This document shows positions 51,196-60,735 of a stretch of DNA of 64,000 nucleotides, piece after piece. This DNA is from an uncultured Acidobacteriaceae bacterium (GTDB lineage Bacteria; Acidobacteriota; Terriglobia; Terriglobales; Acidobacteriaceae), in NCBI GenBank assembly GCA_963793885.1, contig CAWCBQ010000003.1, positions 974,456-1,038,455 on the forward strand, in the 5' to 3' direction. Each line of letters starts with the position of its first letter. Within the stretch, counting starts at the first letter, position 1. The notes beneath the pieces were generated by a model that ran no database searches, was not told where the DNA came from, and saw only the letters and a program-made list of their open reading frames with translations. The position numbers were made by a program, and so were the translations under genes.

Positions 51196-52986
51196 ATGCT
51201 CATGGCAGAACAAAAAGCACCAGAAATGCAGGCCACTCTGGGACTTACCGGGTTGACCAGCAACGCAATGGCACTTATCGCCCCCGGCGCCTTCCTCTGG
51301 CTCACGTTCGCAATTCAGGCAAACACCGGAGTCTCGGGTCAACCCTCGACGTCACCCGCCATGTGGATCGGCATCTTCGCCGCTCTCCTTCTCTGCCTGG
51401 CGACCGCGGTTGCCTACGCGGAGATTTCAAAACTGTATCCGGGCACCGGGTCCAGCTACTACTACGCCGAGCAGGCCATGCTGAGCCACGACGCGGCCTT
51501 CAAGTACGCGCGTATCTCGAAGTTTATTGTCGGCTGGGGCTCGCATCTTTATTACTGGGTGTATCCGGGCGTGATGGTGGCTACGACAGGAATTTTCTGC
51601 GGTTACATCGTCGGCTTCCTCTACCCGAACGTGATGAGCGGCTCGAATCCCGGACCGCTGTTCATGGCGATTGTGGCCGTGATTTTCTCCTTCTTCGTCG
51701 CGTGGATCGCATCGAAGGGCGCGGGCGCTTCGACTGCCGTGAATATTGCGATCAACGTGGTTCAGATTTCAGCCCTGGTTGTATTCAGTGTATTGGCGCT
51801 AGGCTATCGCGCCAGCCATCCGTCGGGCACACCGGGCTTCCAATACGATAGCCAGACGCTTTCCACCTATACGTATCAATTTGCTACCGCCAAGGATGGC
51901 TCGACAATGCGCGATGCCAGCGGCAACCCGCTGCCGTTACTGGACGGCGCGGGCAAGCCGGTTCCGTTCCAGATCACCTATCCCACCACGGACGCAACCG
52001 GCAACTTCCTTACCCACCCGAGCGCCGCCTCAGTGGTTGTGCCGCACAAGTTGAGTTACATGTTCATCCAGGCCACGGTCGCCATTCTGATCCTGGTCGG
52101 ATTCGAGTCAGTTACCTCGATGGGAGGCGAGGCAAAAAATCCAACCAAGCATATTCCCATCGCCGTCATCTCTTCGCTTCTCATCCAGGGGTTGATCTGT
52201 TACCTGTTTGAGTATTTCGCTGCAAATTATTTCTTAAATTCGGGGTACTCGATGGCAAACGCATCGAGTTCGGCCGCGCCCATCGGCGACATGATGATCA
52301 TGGTGGGCGACGGCCTGCTGGGCCAGGGCCATGGCAAGTACTTCATGCTGGCCGAGGCGATCACCGTGTTCTTCGCGCTGATCGGCACCACACTGAGCTG
52401 CATGAACACCGGAGCACGCGTCACCTATGCCATGGGCAAGGACGACGAGGCCCCCGAGCACTTCGGCATCCTGCATGCCGGATCGCTTTCGCCGCGCAAG
52501 GCCATCTGGACCCTGGCGGCCATCTCAGCCGTCATTGGCGTGATCGCTGTCTCGCTGTTGTTCGGCGATGCTGCCGCACCCACCGACGCTACGATCGCGG
52601 CGCTGCCTCACGGGTTGTTCTCCAGTTGGGGATACTTATCGCACGACCAGTTGGCCGGACTGCCCAATTCGCTGCTGACGATCACGCTCACGTCCAACTT
52701 CGGCACCTTCATCCTCTACGCGCTGAGTTGCTTCCTTTGCATCGTTGCCTTCCACAAGCGGCCCGACTACAGCTTTGTGAAGCATCTGCTGATTCCCGGC
52801 TTCGGGTTGATTGCCAACCTGATCTGCATGGGCTTCTACCTGGCAGGTCCGATCTTCGGCCTTGGCACCTTCAAGGAACCCTTGCTGGCGTTGGGCATCT
52901 CGGCCGTGTGGGGCATCTACGGAGCCATCTACTTCCTGCGGTCGTCTAAGGCAAAGGGCAAAACAGTGCTGCTCACGTCAAGATAG
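51196..52986 (+). CDS. APC superfamily transporter (amino acid/polyamine/organocation permease)
   Basis: About 12-14 TM segments with an APC-like N-terminus (LTSNAMALIAPGAFLWLTF, AEISKLYPGTGSSYYYA). Has a ~70-aa hydrophilic insertion (aa ~205-280). Confidence 0.85.
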   Translation: MLMAEQKAPEMQATLGLTGLTSNAMALIAPGAFLWLTFAIQANTGVSGQPSTSPAMWIGIFAALLLCLATAVAYAEISKLYPGTGSSYYYAEQAMLSHDAAFKYARISKFIVGWGSHLYYWVYPGVMVATTGIFCGYIVGFLYPNVMSGSNPGPLFMAIVAVIFSFFVAWIASKGAGASTAVNIAINVVQISALVVFSVLALGYRASHPSGTPGFQYDSQTLSTYTYQFATAKDGSTMRDASGNPLPLLDGAGKPVPFQITYPTTDATGNFLTHPSAASVVVPHKLSYMFIQATVAILILVGFESVTSMGGEAKNPTKHIPIAVISSLLIQGLICYLFEYFAANYFLNSGYSMANASSSAAPIGDMMIMVGDGLLGQGHGKYFMLAEAITVFFALIGTTLSCMNTGARVTYAMGKDDEAPEHFGILHAGSLSPRKAIWTLAAISAVIGVIAVSLLFGDAAAPTDATIAALPHGLFSSWGYLSHDQLAGLPNSLLTITLTSNFGTFILYALSCFLCIVAFHKRPDYSFVKHLLIPGFGLIANLICMGFYLAGPIFGLGTFKEPLLALGISAVWGIYGAIYFLRSSKAKGKTVLLTSR

Positions 52987-53017
52987 CTAACTTCTGCAAC
53001 ACGCTAACTCAACCACA

Positions 53018-53082
53018 ACCACTGGGTGGAATCTCTCCTTAGTCGCTTCAACGGGACGAGGAGGGGAGAACCACCCAGTGGT
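53018..53082 (+). terminator. long-loop hairpin downstream of the APC transporter
   Basis: accactgggtgg (53018-53029) pairs perfectly with ccacccagtggt (53071-53082), with a 41 nt loop, followed by cattt. Confidence 0.3.
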
Positions 53083-53164
53083 CATTTGGAAGCGGATGCT
53101 TCAAAATCGTTAACAACCCATCTTCCCTGAGGCAAAGGGCGGATGAATCAAAGCGGCGGCGCTC

Positions 53165-53968
53165 ATGTTGGATGTACAGTTCGGACAGGCAAGCGATTTC
53201 GGCAAGGTTCGCACCAACAATGAAGACGCGATGGGATCGTTTATCCCCGCTTCCCGCTATCAGGCCCGGACTCATGGCTACCTTTTCGCAGTGGCGGATG
53301 GAGTGGGGGGCATGGACCTGGGCGAGATCGCATCCTCCAAGGCCATAGAGGTGATGACCGAGGAGTTTGCAAGCGCGCAGGCAGGAACGATGCTGATCAG
53401 CCTGCTGCCACGTCTCGTTCAGCACGCCAATGCCGCAGTGCACGATTGCACCCTGGAGCAGCAATACCGGGGCAAGAAGATGGCGACCACGCTGGTGGCC
53501 TGCGCACTCCGCTACGATCAGGCCATTGTTTCGCACGTGGGCGATTCACGGTGTTACCTGGTGCGGAACGGTCAGGCGCGGCAGGTGACACAGGATCATA
53601 CGCTGGTGAGCGAGCAGCGCAAGATGGGATTGATCTCCGCCGAGGATATTAAGGATTCCGACGCGCGCCACGTCCTGATTCGGTCCCTCGGACCGGAGAT
53701 GTTTGTTTCGCCGGACACGACGGCGGTGACGCTGCAGGCAGGGGATGTGCTGGTTCTCTCGACCGACGGACTGCACGACGAGATGGACGAAGCAACCATT
53801 GCGGCCATCGTGAGCCAGAAGAAGAATGTGGATGAGATTGCGCGGGAGTTGGTGACGCGGGCCGTGGAAATCGATGGCGGCGACAACACAACGGCGCAGG
53901 TGATTCGCGTCCGGTCTGTCGAACAGGTGGGCATGTACCGGGGCCGTCCTTACAGGCTGCCGTCGTAA
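53165..53968 (+). CDS. PP2C-family Ser/Thr protein phosphatase
   Basis: RTNNEDA, FAVADGVGGM, GDSRCYL, STDGLHD, GGDNTTAQVI. Confidence 0.9.
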   Translation: MLDVQFGQASDFGKVRTNNEDAMGSFIPASRYQARTHGYLFAVADGVGGMDLGEIASSKAIEVMTEEFASAQAGTMLISLLPRLVQHANAAVHDCTLEQQYRGKKMATTLVACALRYDQAIVSHVGDSRCYLVRNGQARQVTQDHTLVSEQRKMGLISAEDIKDSDARHVLIRSLGPEMFVSPDTTAVTLQAGDVLVLSTDGLHDEMDEATIAAIVSQKKNVDEIARELVTRAVEIDGGDNTTAQVIRVRSVEQVGMYRGRPYRLPS

Positions 53969-54042
53969 GACGAACAGAGGGCGCAAAAGACTTATGGTTT
54001 CATTACCAAACTCGCTCAGCTTCCCGATAAACTGAAGAAGTC

Positions 54043-55041
54043 TTGATTGAGGGAGTTCGCCGTACGATGGGTATTCTGGATATAGTGGAAGCCGGCCAGC
54101 AGATCGATTCCTACCGGATTGACGCACCTGTAGCCCGCAGCGGGATGGCCTCGATCTTCCGCGCGACGGACCTGCGCGACAACCGTCAAGTGGCGCTGAA
54201 AATTCCGCACCCCGACCTGGAAGCCGATCCGATTCTCTTCGACCGCTTTCAGCGGGAGGCGGGTATTGGAGAAAAACTGAACCATCCCAAGGTGATGCGC
54301 GTCTTCGGCGATGCTAAGCGCTCGCGCATTTATATGGTGATGGAGTGGTGCGAGGGCCGGCTGCTGCGCCAAATCATGGACGAAGCCAGACTTCCGCAGG
54401 ACCGCGCCATCCGCATCGCGATCGGGGTTCTGGATGCGCTGGATTACATCCACTCGAATGGCGTGGTCCACCGCGATCTGAAGCCAGAAAACATCATGGT
54501 GGATGAGAACGACAATATCAAGCTGATCGACTTTGGCATCGCCAGCGACTCGGCTGCGCGCAGGCTTACCTATGCCAACTTTACCGCGACGCTGGGGACG
54601 CCGAACTACATTTCGCCTGAACAGGTGAAGGGAAAGCGCGGCGATGGCCGGTCGGACATCTACTCGATGGGCGTAATTCTTTATGAGATGCTCTCAGGGA
54701 AGCTGCCCTTTGGCGGCCCTTCGCCGCTGGCGGCCATGAATGACCGACTATTGAATCACCCCATGCCGCCCAGCGTGGCCAACCCTTCCATCTCCCCCCA
54801 GTTGCAGGAGGTTCTTTACCGGGCGCTGGAGAGAGATCCTAAGAATCGGTATCCCCATGCGCGGGACTTTGAGCACGATCTCGAACATCTGGACCAGGTG
54901 GGCGCAGAGGACCGGGAAGAGTTGCGGAACTGGCAAAAGCGAAAATCTCAACTTTCGCGCAAGATCCTCTACTACGGCGCTCTGGCGATGATTCCAGTGG
55001 CTGTGCTGCTGCTGATGGTACTGATTTCCCGCCACCATTGA
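54043..55041 (+). CDS. Hanks-type Ser/Thr protein kinase with a C-terminal TM anchor
   Basis: VALKIP, HRDLKPENIMV, DFGIA, TPNYISPEQ, SDIYSMGVILYEM. C-terminal TM ALAMIPVAVLLLMVLI. Start is either TTG 54043 or ATG 54067. Confidence 0.9.
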   Translation: MIEGVRRTMGILDIVEAGQQIDSYRIDAPVARSGMASIFRATDLRDNRQVALKIPHPDLEADPILFDRFQREAGIGEKLNHPKVMRVFGDAKRSRIYMVMEWCEGRLLRQIMDEARLPQDRAIRIAIGVLDALDYIHSNGVVHRDLKPENIMVDENDNIKLIDFGIASDSAARRLTYANFTATLGTPNYISPEQVKGKRGDGRSDIYSMGVILYEMLSGKLPFGGPSPLAAMNDRLLNHPMPPSVANPSISPQLQEVLYRALERDPKNRYPHARDFEHDLEHLDQVGAEDREELRNWQKRKSQLSRKILYYGALAMIPVAVLLLMVLISRHH

Positions 55042-55167
55042 GCGCCAACTTCGGAAAGATTGGGTCCACGAAAATCCTCACGAGATCTTTATGCGTGAGG
55101 CTCTAGGATCAGTTTGAACAGCCACTCGTATTTCCAACCGACGCGCTTTTACGCCTAGAGGAGAGCA

Positions 55168-56184
55168 ATGACAAAGTACAAACTCGAGTACATCTGGCTT
55201 GACGGCAAGAAACCTGTCCCCGAGCTTCGCGGGAAGACACAGCTCAAGTCATTTGAGAAGCCGCCTACACTCGCCGATCTGCCCCTTTGGGGATTTGACG
55301 GCAGTTCGACCATGCAGGCAGAAGGCAGCAAATCCGACTGCGTGCTGAAACCCGTGGCTCTCTATCCCGATGCAGCGCGCAAGGACGGCTACCTGGTCTT
55401 ATGCGAAGTGATGCATCCGGATGGCACACCGCACTCGACCAACGCCCGTGCGACGATTGAGAACGATCCCGACCTGTGGATTGGCCTTGAGCAGGAGTAC
55501 TTTCTCTATAAAGAAGGCCGGCCACTTGGCTTCCCCAAAGATGGCCACCCTACGACTCCCCAGGGGCCTTACTACTGCGGTGTCGGTTACAAGTACATGG
55601 GCGACATCGCCCGCCAGATCGTGGATGAGCACCTGGATCTCTGTCTTGCCGCCGGCATCAACCACGAAGGCATCAACGCAGAAGTCGCCAAGGGGCAGTG
55701 GGAGTTCCAGATCTTCGCCAAGGGCTCAACGAAGGCTGCCGACGACTTGTGGATGGCTCGCTACCTGATGTTCCGCCTGTGCGAGAAGTACGAAACGGAT
55801 TTCGTGTTGTATTGCAAGCCGATCAAGGGCGACTGGAACGGGTCAGGCATGCACACCAACTTCTCGACCAAGTACATTCGTGAAGTGGGCGGAAAGCCGT
55901 ACCTTGAGGCCCTGATGAAGGCGTTCGAGAAGTACATCCCGGAACACATCGCGGTCTATGGCCCGGACAACCATCTGCGCCTGACGGGTCTTCACGAAAC
56001 CCAGGCCATCGACAAGTTCAGCTATGGTCTCTCTGACCGTGGCGCTTCGGTCCGGCTGCCGGTGAACTTCGTCAAGCACGGGTACAAGGGCTATCTTGAA
56101 GATCGGCGTCCGAACTCGGAAGGCGACCCGTACCAGATCGTCTCCCGAATTCTCGAGACGATCAACACGGTTGCGAAGCCCTAG
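55168..56184 (+). CDS. glnII: glutamine synthetase type II (eukaryote-like GSII)
   Basis: MTKYKLEYIWLDG...LPLWGFDGSSTMQAEG...GINHEGINAEVAKGQWEFQIF...DWNGSGMHTNFSTK...YLEDRRPNS. Near-colinear with rhizobial/actinobacterial GlnII as I remember it. Confidence 0.9.
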   Translation: MTKYKLEYIWLDGKKPVPELRGKTQLKSFEKPPTLADLPLWGFDGSSTMQAEGSKSDCVLKPVALYPDAARKDGYLVLCEVMHPDGTPHSTNARATIENDPDLWIGLEQEYFLYKEGRPLGFPKDGHPTTPQGPYYCGVGYKYMGDIARQIVDEHLDLCLAAGINHEGINAEVAKGQWEFQIFAKGSTKAADDLWMARYLMFRLCEKYETDFVLYCKPIKGDWNGSGMHTNFSTKYIREVGGKPYLEALMKAFEKYIPEHIAVYGPDNHLRLTGLHETQAIDKFSYGLSDRGASVRLPVNFVKHGYKGYLEDRRPNSEGDPYQIVSRILETINTVAKP

Positions 56185-56200
56185 TGTCTATCTATCTCCG

Positions 56201-57325
56201 CTACGCAGAAACCCCCGGCCGCCTCTGCAGCGGCCGGGGGTTTGCGTATTGATCCTGAATTTCCTCGGCCAGCGCCTGGGCAGCAGCGAGGCAGTCAGCG
56301 CGGTTCACATCGAGGTGGGTCACCAGGCGGATCAAACCGGGACCAAGGGCGCTGACAAGAATGTTGCGGGCCTTGAGCCGGGACACGAGGTCGGCCGCCG
56401 CGATCTTTCCGGTTAATTTAAAGATCACGATGTTGGTCTCGACCGCATTGAGATCGATCGAGACTCCCTCAAGGTCTACAAGGGTCTCGGCGAGCAAACG
56501 CGCATTGGCGTGATCTTCGTGCAGGCGCTTCGGGCCGTGCTCGAGGGCGATCAGACCAGCCGCCGCGAGAATGCCCGCCTGCCTCATGCCTCCGCCCAGG
56601 GCCTTGCGGAAAAGGCGCGCACGATCCATCAGTTCGGAGGAGCCGGTCAGCATGGATCCCACCGGCGCGCCCAGCCCCTTCGACAGACAAAACATCACCG
56701 TGTCAAAGCCGCGGGTCAGCGTCTTCACGTCTACACCGAGCGCCACGGCAGCGTTAAAGATGCGCGCTCCGTCGAGGTGCAGGGGCAGGTTGTGCTCTTT
56801 GGCGTGCTCCCAGATCTCCTCGAGCACGTCAACCGGCGTACAGGAACCTCCGGCCAGGTTGGCGGTGTTTTCAATCTCGATGAGGCCTGTCGCGGCCCTG
56901 AACGCTCCACGCGAATAGATGGCAGGCTCGATGTGCTTCCAGGTCAGAATTCCGCGCTCCGCGGGCACGGCGCGCACCAGGCAACCGGAGAAAACCGCGG
57001 TCGTCGCCATCTCCCAATCCAGAATGTGGGCGCGGGATTCGGCTATCACCTCCTGGCCCGGTTGAGTCAGCAGGCGGATTGCAACCTGGTTTCCCATGGT
57101 GCCGGTGGGAACAAAAAGCGCGGCCTCGCGGCCAAAAATCTCGGCTGCGCGACGCTCGAGCAGGTTCACGGTGGGGTCTTCGCCATAGACGTCGTCGCCC
57201 ACTTCGGCCGCCGCCATCGCCGCACGCATCTCGGAGGTCGGACGCGTCACTGTGTCGGAACGCAGATCGATGAGTCTTGCCAAAATCTTTCCTGCCTTGC
57301 TTTTCTTGGTGACCGCAGATCGCAT
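56201..57325 (-). CDS. ltaE: low-specificity L-threonine aldolase (PLP-dependent)
   Basis: [54 protein letters not shown]. Confidence 0.85.
   Translation of the reverse strand: MRSAVTKKSKAGKILARLIDLRSDTVTRPTSEMRAAMAAAEVGDDVYGEDPTVNLLERRAAEIFGREAALFVPTGTMGNQVAIRLLTQPGQEVIAESRAHILDWEMATTAVFSGCLVRAVPAERGILTWKHIEPAIYSRGAFRAATGLIEIENTANLAGGSCTPVDVLEEIWEHAKEHNLPLHLDGARIFNAAVALGVDVKTLTRGFDTVMFCLSKGLGAPVGSMLTGSSELMDRARLFRKALGGGMRQAGILAAAGLIALEHGPKRLHEDHANARLLAETLVDLEGVSIDLNAVETNIVIFKLTGKIAAADLVSRLKARNILVSALGPGLIRLVTHLDVNRADCLAAAQALAEEIQDQYANPRPLQRRPGVSA
56209..56243. terminator. perfect 14-bp GC-rich hairpin between convergent glnII and ltaE (bidirectional terminator candidate)
   Basis: aaacccccggccgc-ctctgca-gcggccgggggttt. 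It lies 25 nt after the glnII stop and inside the last ~14 codons of ltaE. Confidence 0.5.
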
Positions 57326-57368
57326 GGGATGATCGAAGACCCTGATCCCTGGTCCCTATTCCCTGCTT

Positions 57369-58343
57369 CTAAGGAATCTGCGCCATCGGCAATTCGATTA
57401 CCGGAGTCCGCTTGTCATCCCTGGCGGCGTACGCCCAGAGGCCGTGAAAGTTCTGCCTCAACCCGGGCTGGGCCTTCAACAGAGCGCTGAAGACGGCAAT
57501 CGCCTCGGTGCGCTGGGCGGCTGGATCGGTGACGCCCGTCGATTCGTAGGCGACTGCCAGATCGTCCTGGTGCAGGCTCGGATCAAGAAAGACTGCGTCG
57601 ATCTTCCAGGTGCGATCGCCGACGGCAAGCGACAACGGAAATGCTGCCTGGGGGGGATTCTGAATTTGCGCCTGCTCCTGCTGCAGCTTTTCGAGGTTGG
57701 GAGACGAAAGAAAGTCGACGGGCAGCAGCAGGTAGCGCGCCGCATCATAGGAATACCAGGCGCTCCACGGATCGACCTGGGCAAGGCCGCGGGCGCGCGA
57801 CCAGTACCAGACGCCGTCGTGTCCGTCGAAGATGCCCTGGTGGACGGAGAGGCCGGCCAGACGCCATTGAGAACCGTCCCAGGCCAGGATGAGGCCTAGT
57901 TGGCCGTCCAAAGGAGCACCGGTAGCTTCGGCCAAAACCACCGCGTAGCGGCCGGGAGGCAGTGCATGCATGGTGATGCTGATGGTGAGCGTTCCGCTCG
58001 CGTTGGAGCAGAAGAACTGGGTGTCCGCGGGCGCGGTCATCGTGGAAGCGTCGAGCAGATAGAGACTGCGGAGTTGAATCTGCCCGCCTTTGACCAGCGG
58101 CGCGGCCTGCTCAACGGCTCCGCGAATGCCGTCCCACTCGGCCGATTCCGCGGGCAGCAACGCAGACTGCAAAGTGGAAAAATTCTGTTGGAGCACGGAC
58201 TCGGACAAGCGGCCGCCCATCGAGGTCAAGGCGGCGCGATCGGGGGCCGAAAGCTCGGCCTGCGCGGTGCATGTGGCTGCCTGGCTCGCTACCGGCACGC
58301 ACAACATGGCCGCTACAGCCAAGACATTCCAGCGGAGACGCAT
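57369..58343 (-). CDS. exported hypothetical protein (324 aa)
   Basis: Signal peptide MRLRWNVLAVAAMLCVPVASQA. No recognisable motifs. Coding-like composition. Confidence 0.5.
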   Translation of the reverse strand: MRLRWNVLAVAAMLCVPVASQAATCTAQAELSAPDRAALTSMGGRLSESVLQQNFSTLQSALLPAESAEWDGIRGAVEQAAPLVKGGQIQLRSLYLLDASTMTAPADTQFFCSNASGTLTISITMHALPPGRYAVVLAEATGAPLDGQLGLILAWDGSQWRLAGLSVHQGIFDGHDGVWYWSRARGLAQVDPWSAWYSYDAARYLLLPVDFLSSPNLEKLQQEQAQIQNPPQAAFPLSLAVGDRTWKIDAVFLDPSLHQDDLAVAYESTGVTDPAAQRTEAIAVFSALLKAQPGLRQNFHGLWAYAARDDKRTPVIELPMAQIP

Positions 58344-58518
58344 GTTCCCAGTTATCCTCTCTGGCCGATGGAACGTGATTTCGAGCGTCCATGGACTATT
58401 GTTAGTCTAGTACAGTGGGACGGTAGCGACCTTGGCGACAGGCTGCCGCAGGGTAGGAGAGCCAATTTCGATGCGCATCAACCTTCCGGCAAAAGCGCAG
58501 GTTAGACGAGGCCCACAG

Positions 58519-59310
58519 ATGAGTCCGGCGCATTGCTGGCTGGCCGGCTCGCTGATTGCTGTGCTCCTTGCAAGCGGTCCTCTTCTCGCCTTCGGCCAGC
58601 AGGCTGCCTCGGGAGCGTCTTCAACTCGGCCGACGTCCGCAACTCAAGCGGCCTCCGCCACTCACACGACCTCCGCAAATGCACATACGACGACCCACGC
58701 GCGCAAGCGGCCACTGTCGGCGAAAGGGGCTGCCCATGCACACGCGGCTTCCGACAAGGCGGCTGCTGTGAAAGATGCGCCGGTGGTGCCCAAGCCTCCG
58801 GCGTGGCCCGCCAATGACAGTCCCTCTGCCGCCACTGTGCAATGGAACAGCCATGGTCTGCGCATAGAAGCTTCCAATTCGAGCCTTGAGCAGATTCTGA
58901 AGGATGTGGCGACGGCCACCGGGGCGCGGATCGAGGGCCTGGATGCGGATCAGCGCATCTTTGGAGCGTATGGACCAGGCACGGCACGCGATATTCTTTC
59001 GCAGTTGCTGGATGGCCTGGGATATAACGTGCTGATGATCGGGGATCAGGGCCAGGGAACCCCGCGTGAAGTGGTTTTGAGCCCACAGTCTGCGAGCAAT
59101 GCGCACGCGGCTGCGGCCGATAGCCAGACCGCTCAAAGCGACGAGAGTGCCAATGCCGCGGAACAGCCTCAGGAGGAGCCGCCGCCGGAGATGCGCAACG
59201 GCCTTGCGCCGGGGGCGCCACCGCGCACTCCTCAAGAGATTATGCAGGAGATGCAGCAGCGGCAGGAGCAGCAGCAGCAGCAGCAGCAGAACGCGAATCC
59301 GCGGTTCTAG
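58519..59310 (+). CDS. exported low-complexity protein with an STN/secretin-N-like module and a poly-Q tail
   Basis: Signal MSPAHCWLAGSLIAVLLASGPLLAFG, T/S/A/H-rich stretch, LRIEASNSSLEQILKDVATATGARIEGL...DILSQLLDGLGYNV (STN-like pattern), and a QQRQEQQQQQQQ C-terminus. The track ORF starts at 58432. Confidence 0.45.
   Translation: MSPAHCWLAGSLIAVLLASGPLLAFGQQAASGASSTRPTSATQAASATHTTSANAHTTTHARKRPLSAKGAAHAHAASDKAAAVKDAPVVPKPPAWPANDSPSAATVQWNSHGLRIEASNSSLEQILKDVATATGARIEGLDADQRIFGAYGPGTARDILSQLLDGLGYNVLMIGDQGQGTPREVVLSPQSASNAHAAAADSQTAQSDESANAAEQPQEEPPPEMRNGLAPGAPPRTPQEIMQEMQQRQEQQQQQQQNANPRF
59269..59289 (+). repeat. (CAG)7 microsatellite encoding the poly-Q tail
   Basis: Seven uninterrupted CAG codons, read directly, 19 nt before the stop codon and IS boundary. 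Confidence 0.9.
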
Positions 59311-60611
59311 GAACTTGTTGAAATTCGCCTGGTTGTGGCGTCTTTTCTTTCGATTTTCGTAACTACTCGTTCAAAATCTGTTTGAAGTACGTTTCTGGCC
59401 GGTGTTTATAGGGGTTTACGAACCTCCGGGAATCATCTCCGAAGCTCGCAACCGTTGTTCAGGCACACTTCTCCCGGAGCATTTCCGGTGGTTGAGCCAT
59501 CAGTCTCGGCAGCCGGATCAAGTTGTGCGCCGCGCAGCTGAAGACGAACAGCCAGTCCACCTTCTCCAGGCCTCGCAACTTGACCTGGCGCAGCGGGCCG
59601 GTTTGCTTCAGCCATCCGAATCCCTTTTCGATCAGCCATCGGCGGCTCAGACTGACGGCATAGCCGGGCTGGCGCGTGGTTCTGCGGTCCAGGTTGCTGC
59701 GAGCGGCCCTTGTCGTTCTTGGTAACGTGCGGCGTCACGTTCAACTCCCGCACCGTGCTGACGAAATCCTTCGTGTCGTAAGCCTTGTCGGCACCCACCG
59801 TGATGCGCCGAGAGCGGCCCTCTTGCTTTTCGGAAAGCATCAACAGCGCCGCATCGCGCTCGGCATAACCGTCGGCGTGCGTCACCATCGCAGCGGCGAT
59901 CAGACCGTTGCGGTTCTCCACCAGCGCATGCCCCAGATAACTCAGCTTCGACTCCTTGCCGTAGCTCTTCTTGTATAGCCGCGCATCGGCATCAGTGGTC
60001 GATTCATGCGTCTTGTTCGATCGCTTCTGACCGTGAAAGTCTCCCCCGTCGCCGTCATCGGACCCGTCTTTCGAGCGAAAGCTCTTTTGCGAAGCCCACG
60101 CCTGAATCAGCGTGCCATCCACCGTGAAGTGCTCGTCGCTCATAAATTTCTTCGCCAGCTTGTTCACTTCTGCGAAGAACTGCTGCGCCACATCGGAGGT
60201 CAGCAACCGGTCGCGGTTCTTCGAGAACACCGCGTGGTTCCAAACCGCGTCGTCCATGCCAAGGCCCACAAACCAGCGAAACAAGAAGGTTGTAGTCGAT
60301 CTGCTCAACCAGCAACCGCTCTGAGCGCACCGAGTAGAACACCTGCAACAACAAGCGCCCGCAGGATGTACTCGGGAGCAATCGAAGGCCGACCGGAGTC
60401 CGCATACAGTGCATCGAACTCTGCGCTCAACGACCGCAACACCGAGTCCGCCAACTTGCGAACTGCCCGCAATGGATGATCCTGAGGCACTCGCTGCTCC
60501 AACGAAACATAGCTGAACATACCGTCCTGATCCCGCTCGTCTCCACGCATGTAGGTTAGACGAATGGCCCAAGACCTCCGACTCAAAACGAGTACCTATT
60601 TCAACAAGTTC
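59311..60611 (-). mobile_element. IS5-family insertion sequence (about 1.3 kb), transposase degenerate
   Basis: Perfect inverted repeats ggaacttgttgaaat (59310-59324) and atttcaacaagttcc (60598-60612), flanked by ctag on both sides (59307-59310 and 60612-60615). The outermost IR base overlaps the palindromic ctag, so the exact IR/TSD boundary is ambiguous. This is consistent with the 4-bp CTAG-type target duplication of IS5-like elements. The transposase has an InsH-like N-terminus. Confidence 0.85.
59459..60586 (-). pseudogene. IS5/InsH-like DDE transposase with 3 frameshifts
   Basis: MFSYVSLEQRVPQDHPLRAV...GRPSIAPEYILRA / LLLQVFYSVRSERLLVEQIDYNLL / FRWFVGLGMDDAVWNHAVFSKNRDRL...ADKAYDTKDFV...NDKGR / RSNLDRRTTRQPGYAVSLSRRWLIEKGFGWLKQ...LMAQPPEMLREKCA-TGA (stop 59459-59461). 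Junctions are near 60350, 60275 and 59700, each consistent with one extra base. Confidence 0.8.
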
Positions 60612-60735
60612 CTAGATGCATCCGGCACTCGAATTGAAGTCTGCGCTTGCATCGTATCGATATCCCAGGTGCCCAAGGGCTAGGCACCAGGGCCGCCTGG
60701 ATCAGGATGACAGATTTGTTGGATGGGGTCGAGCA

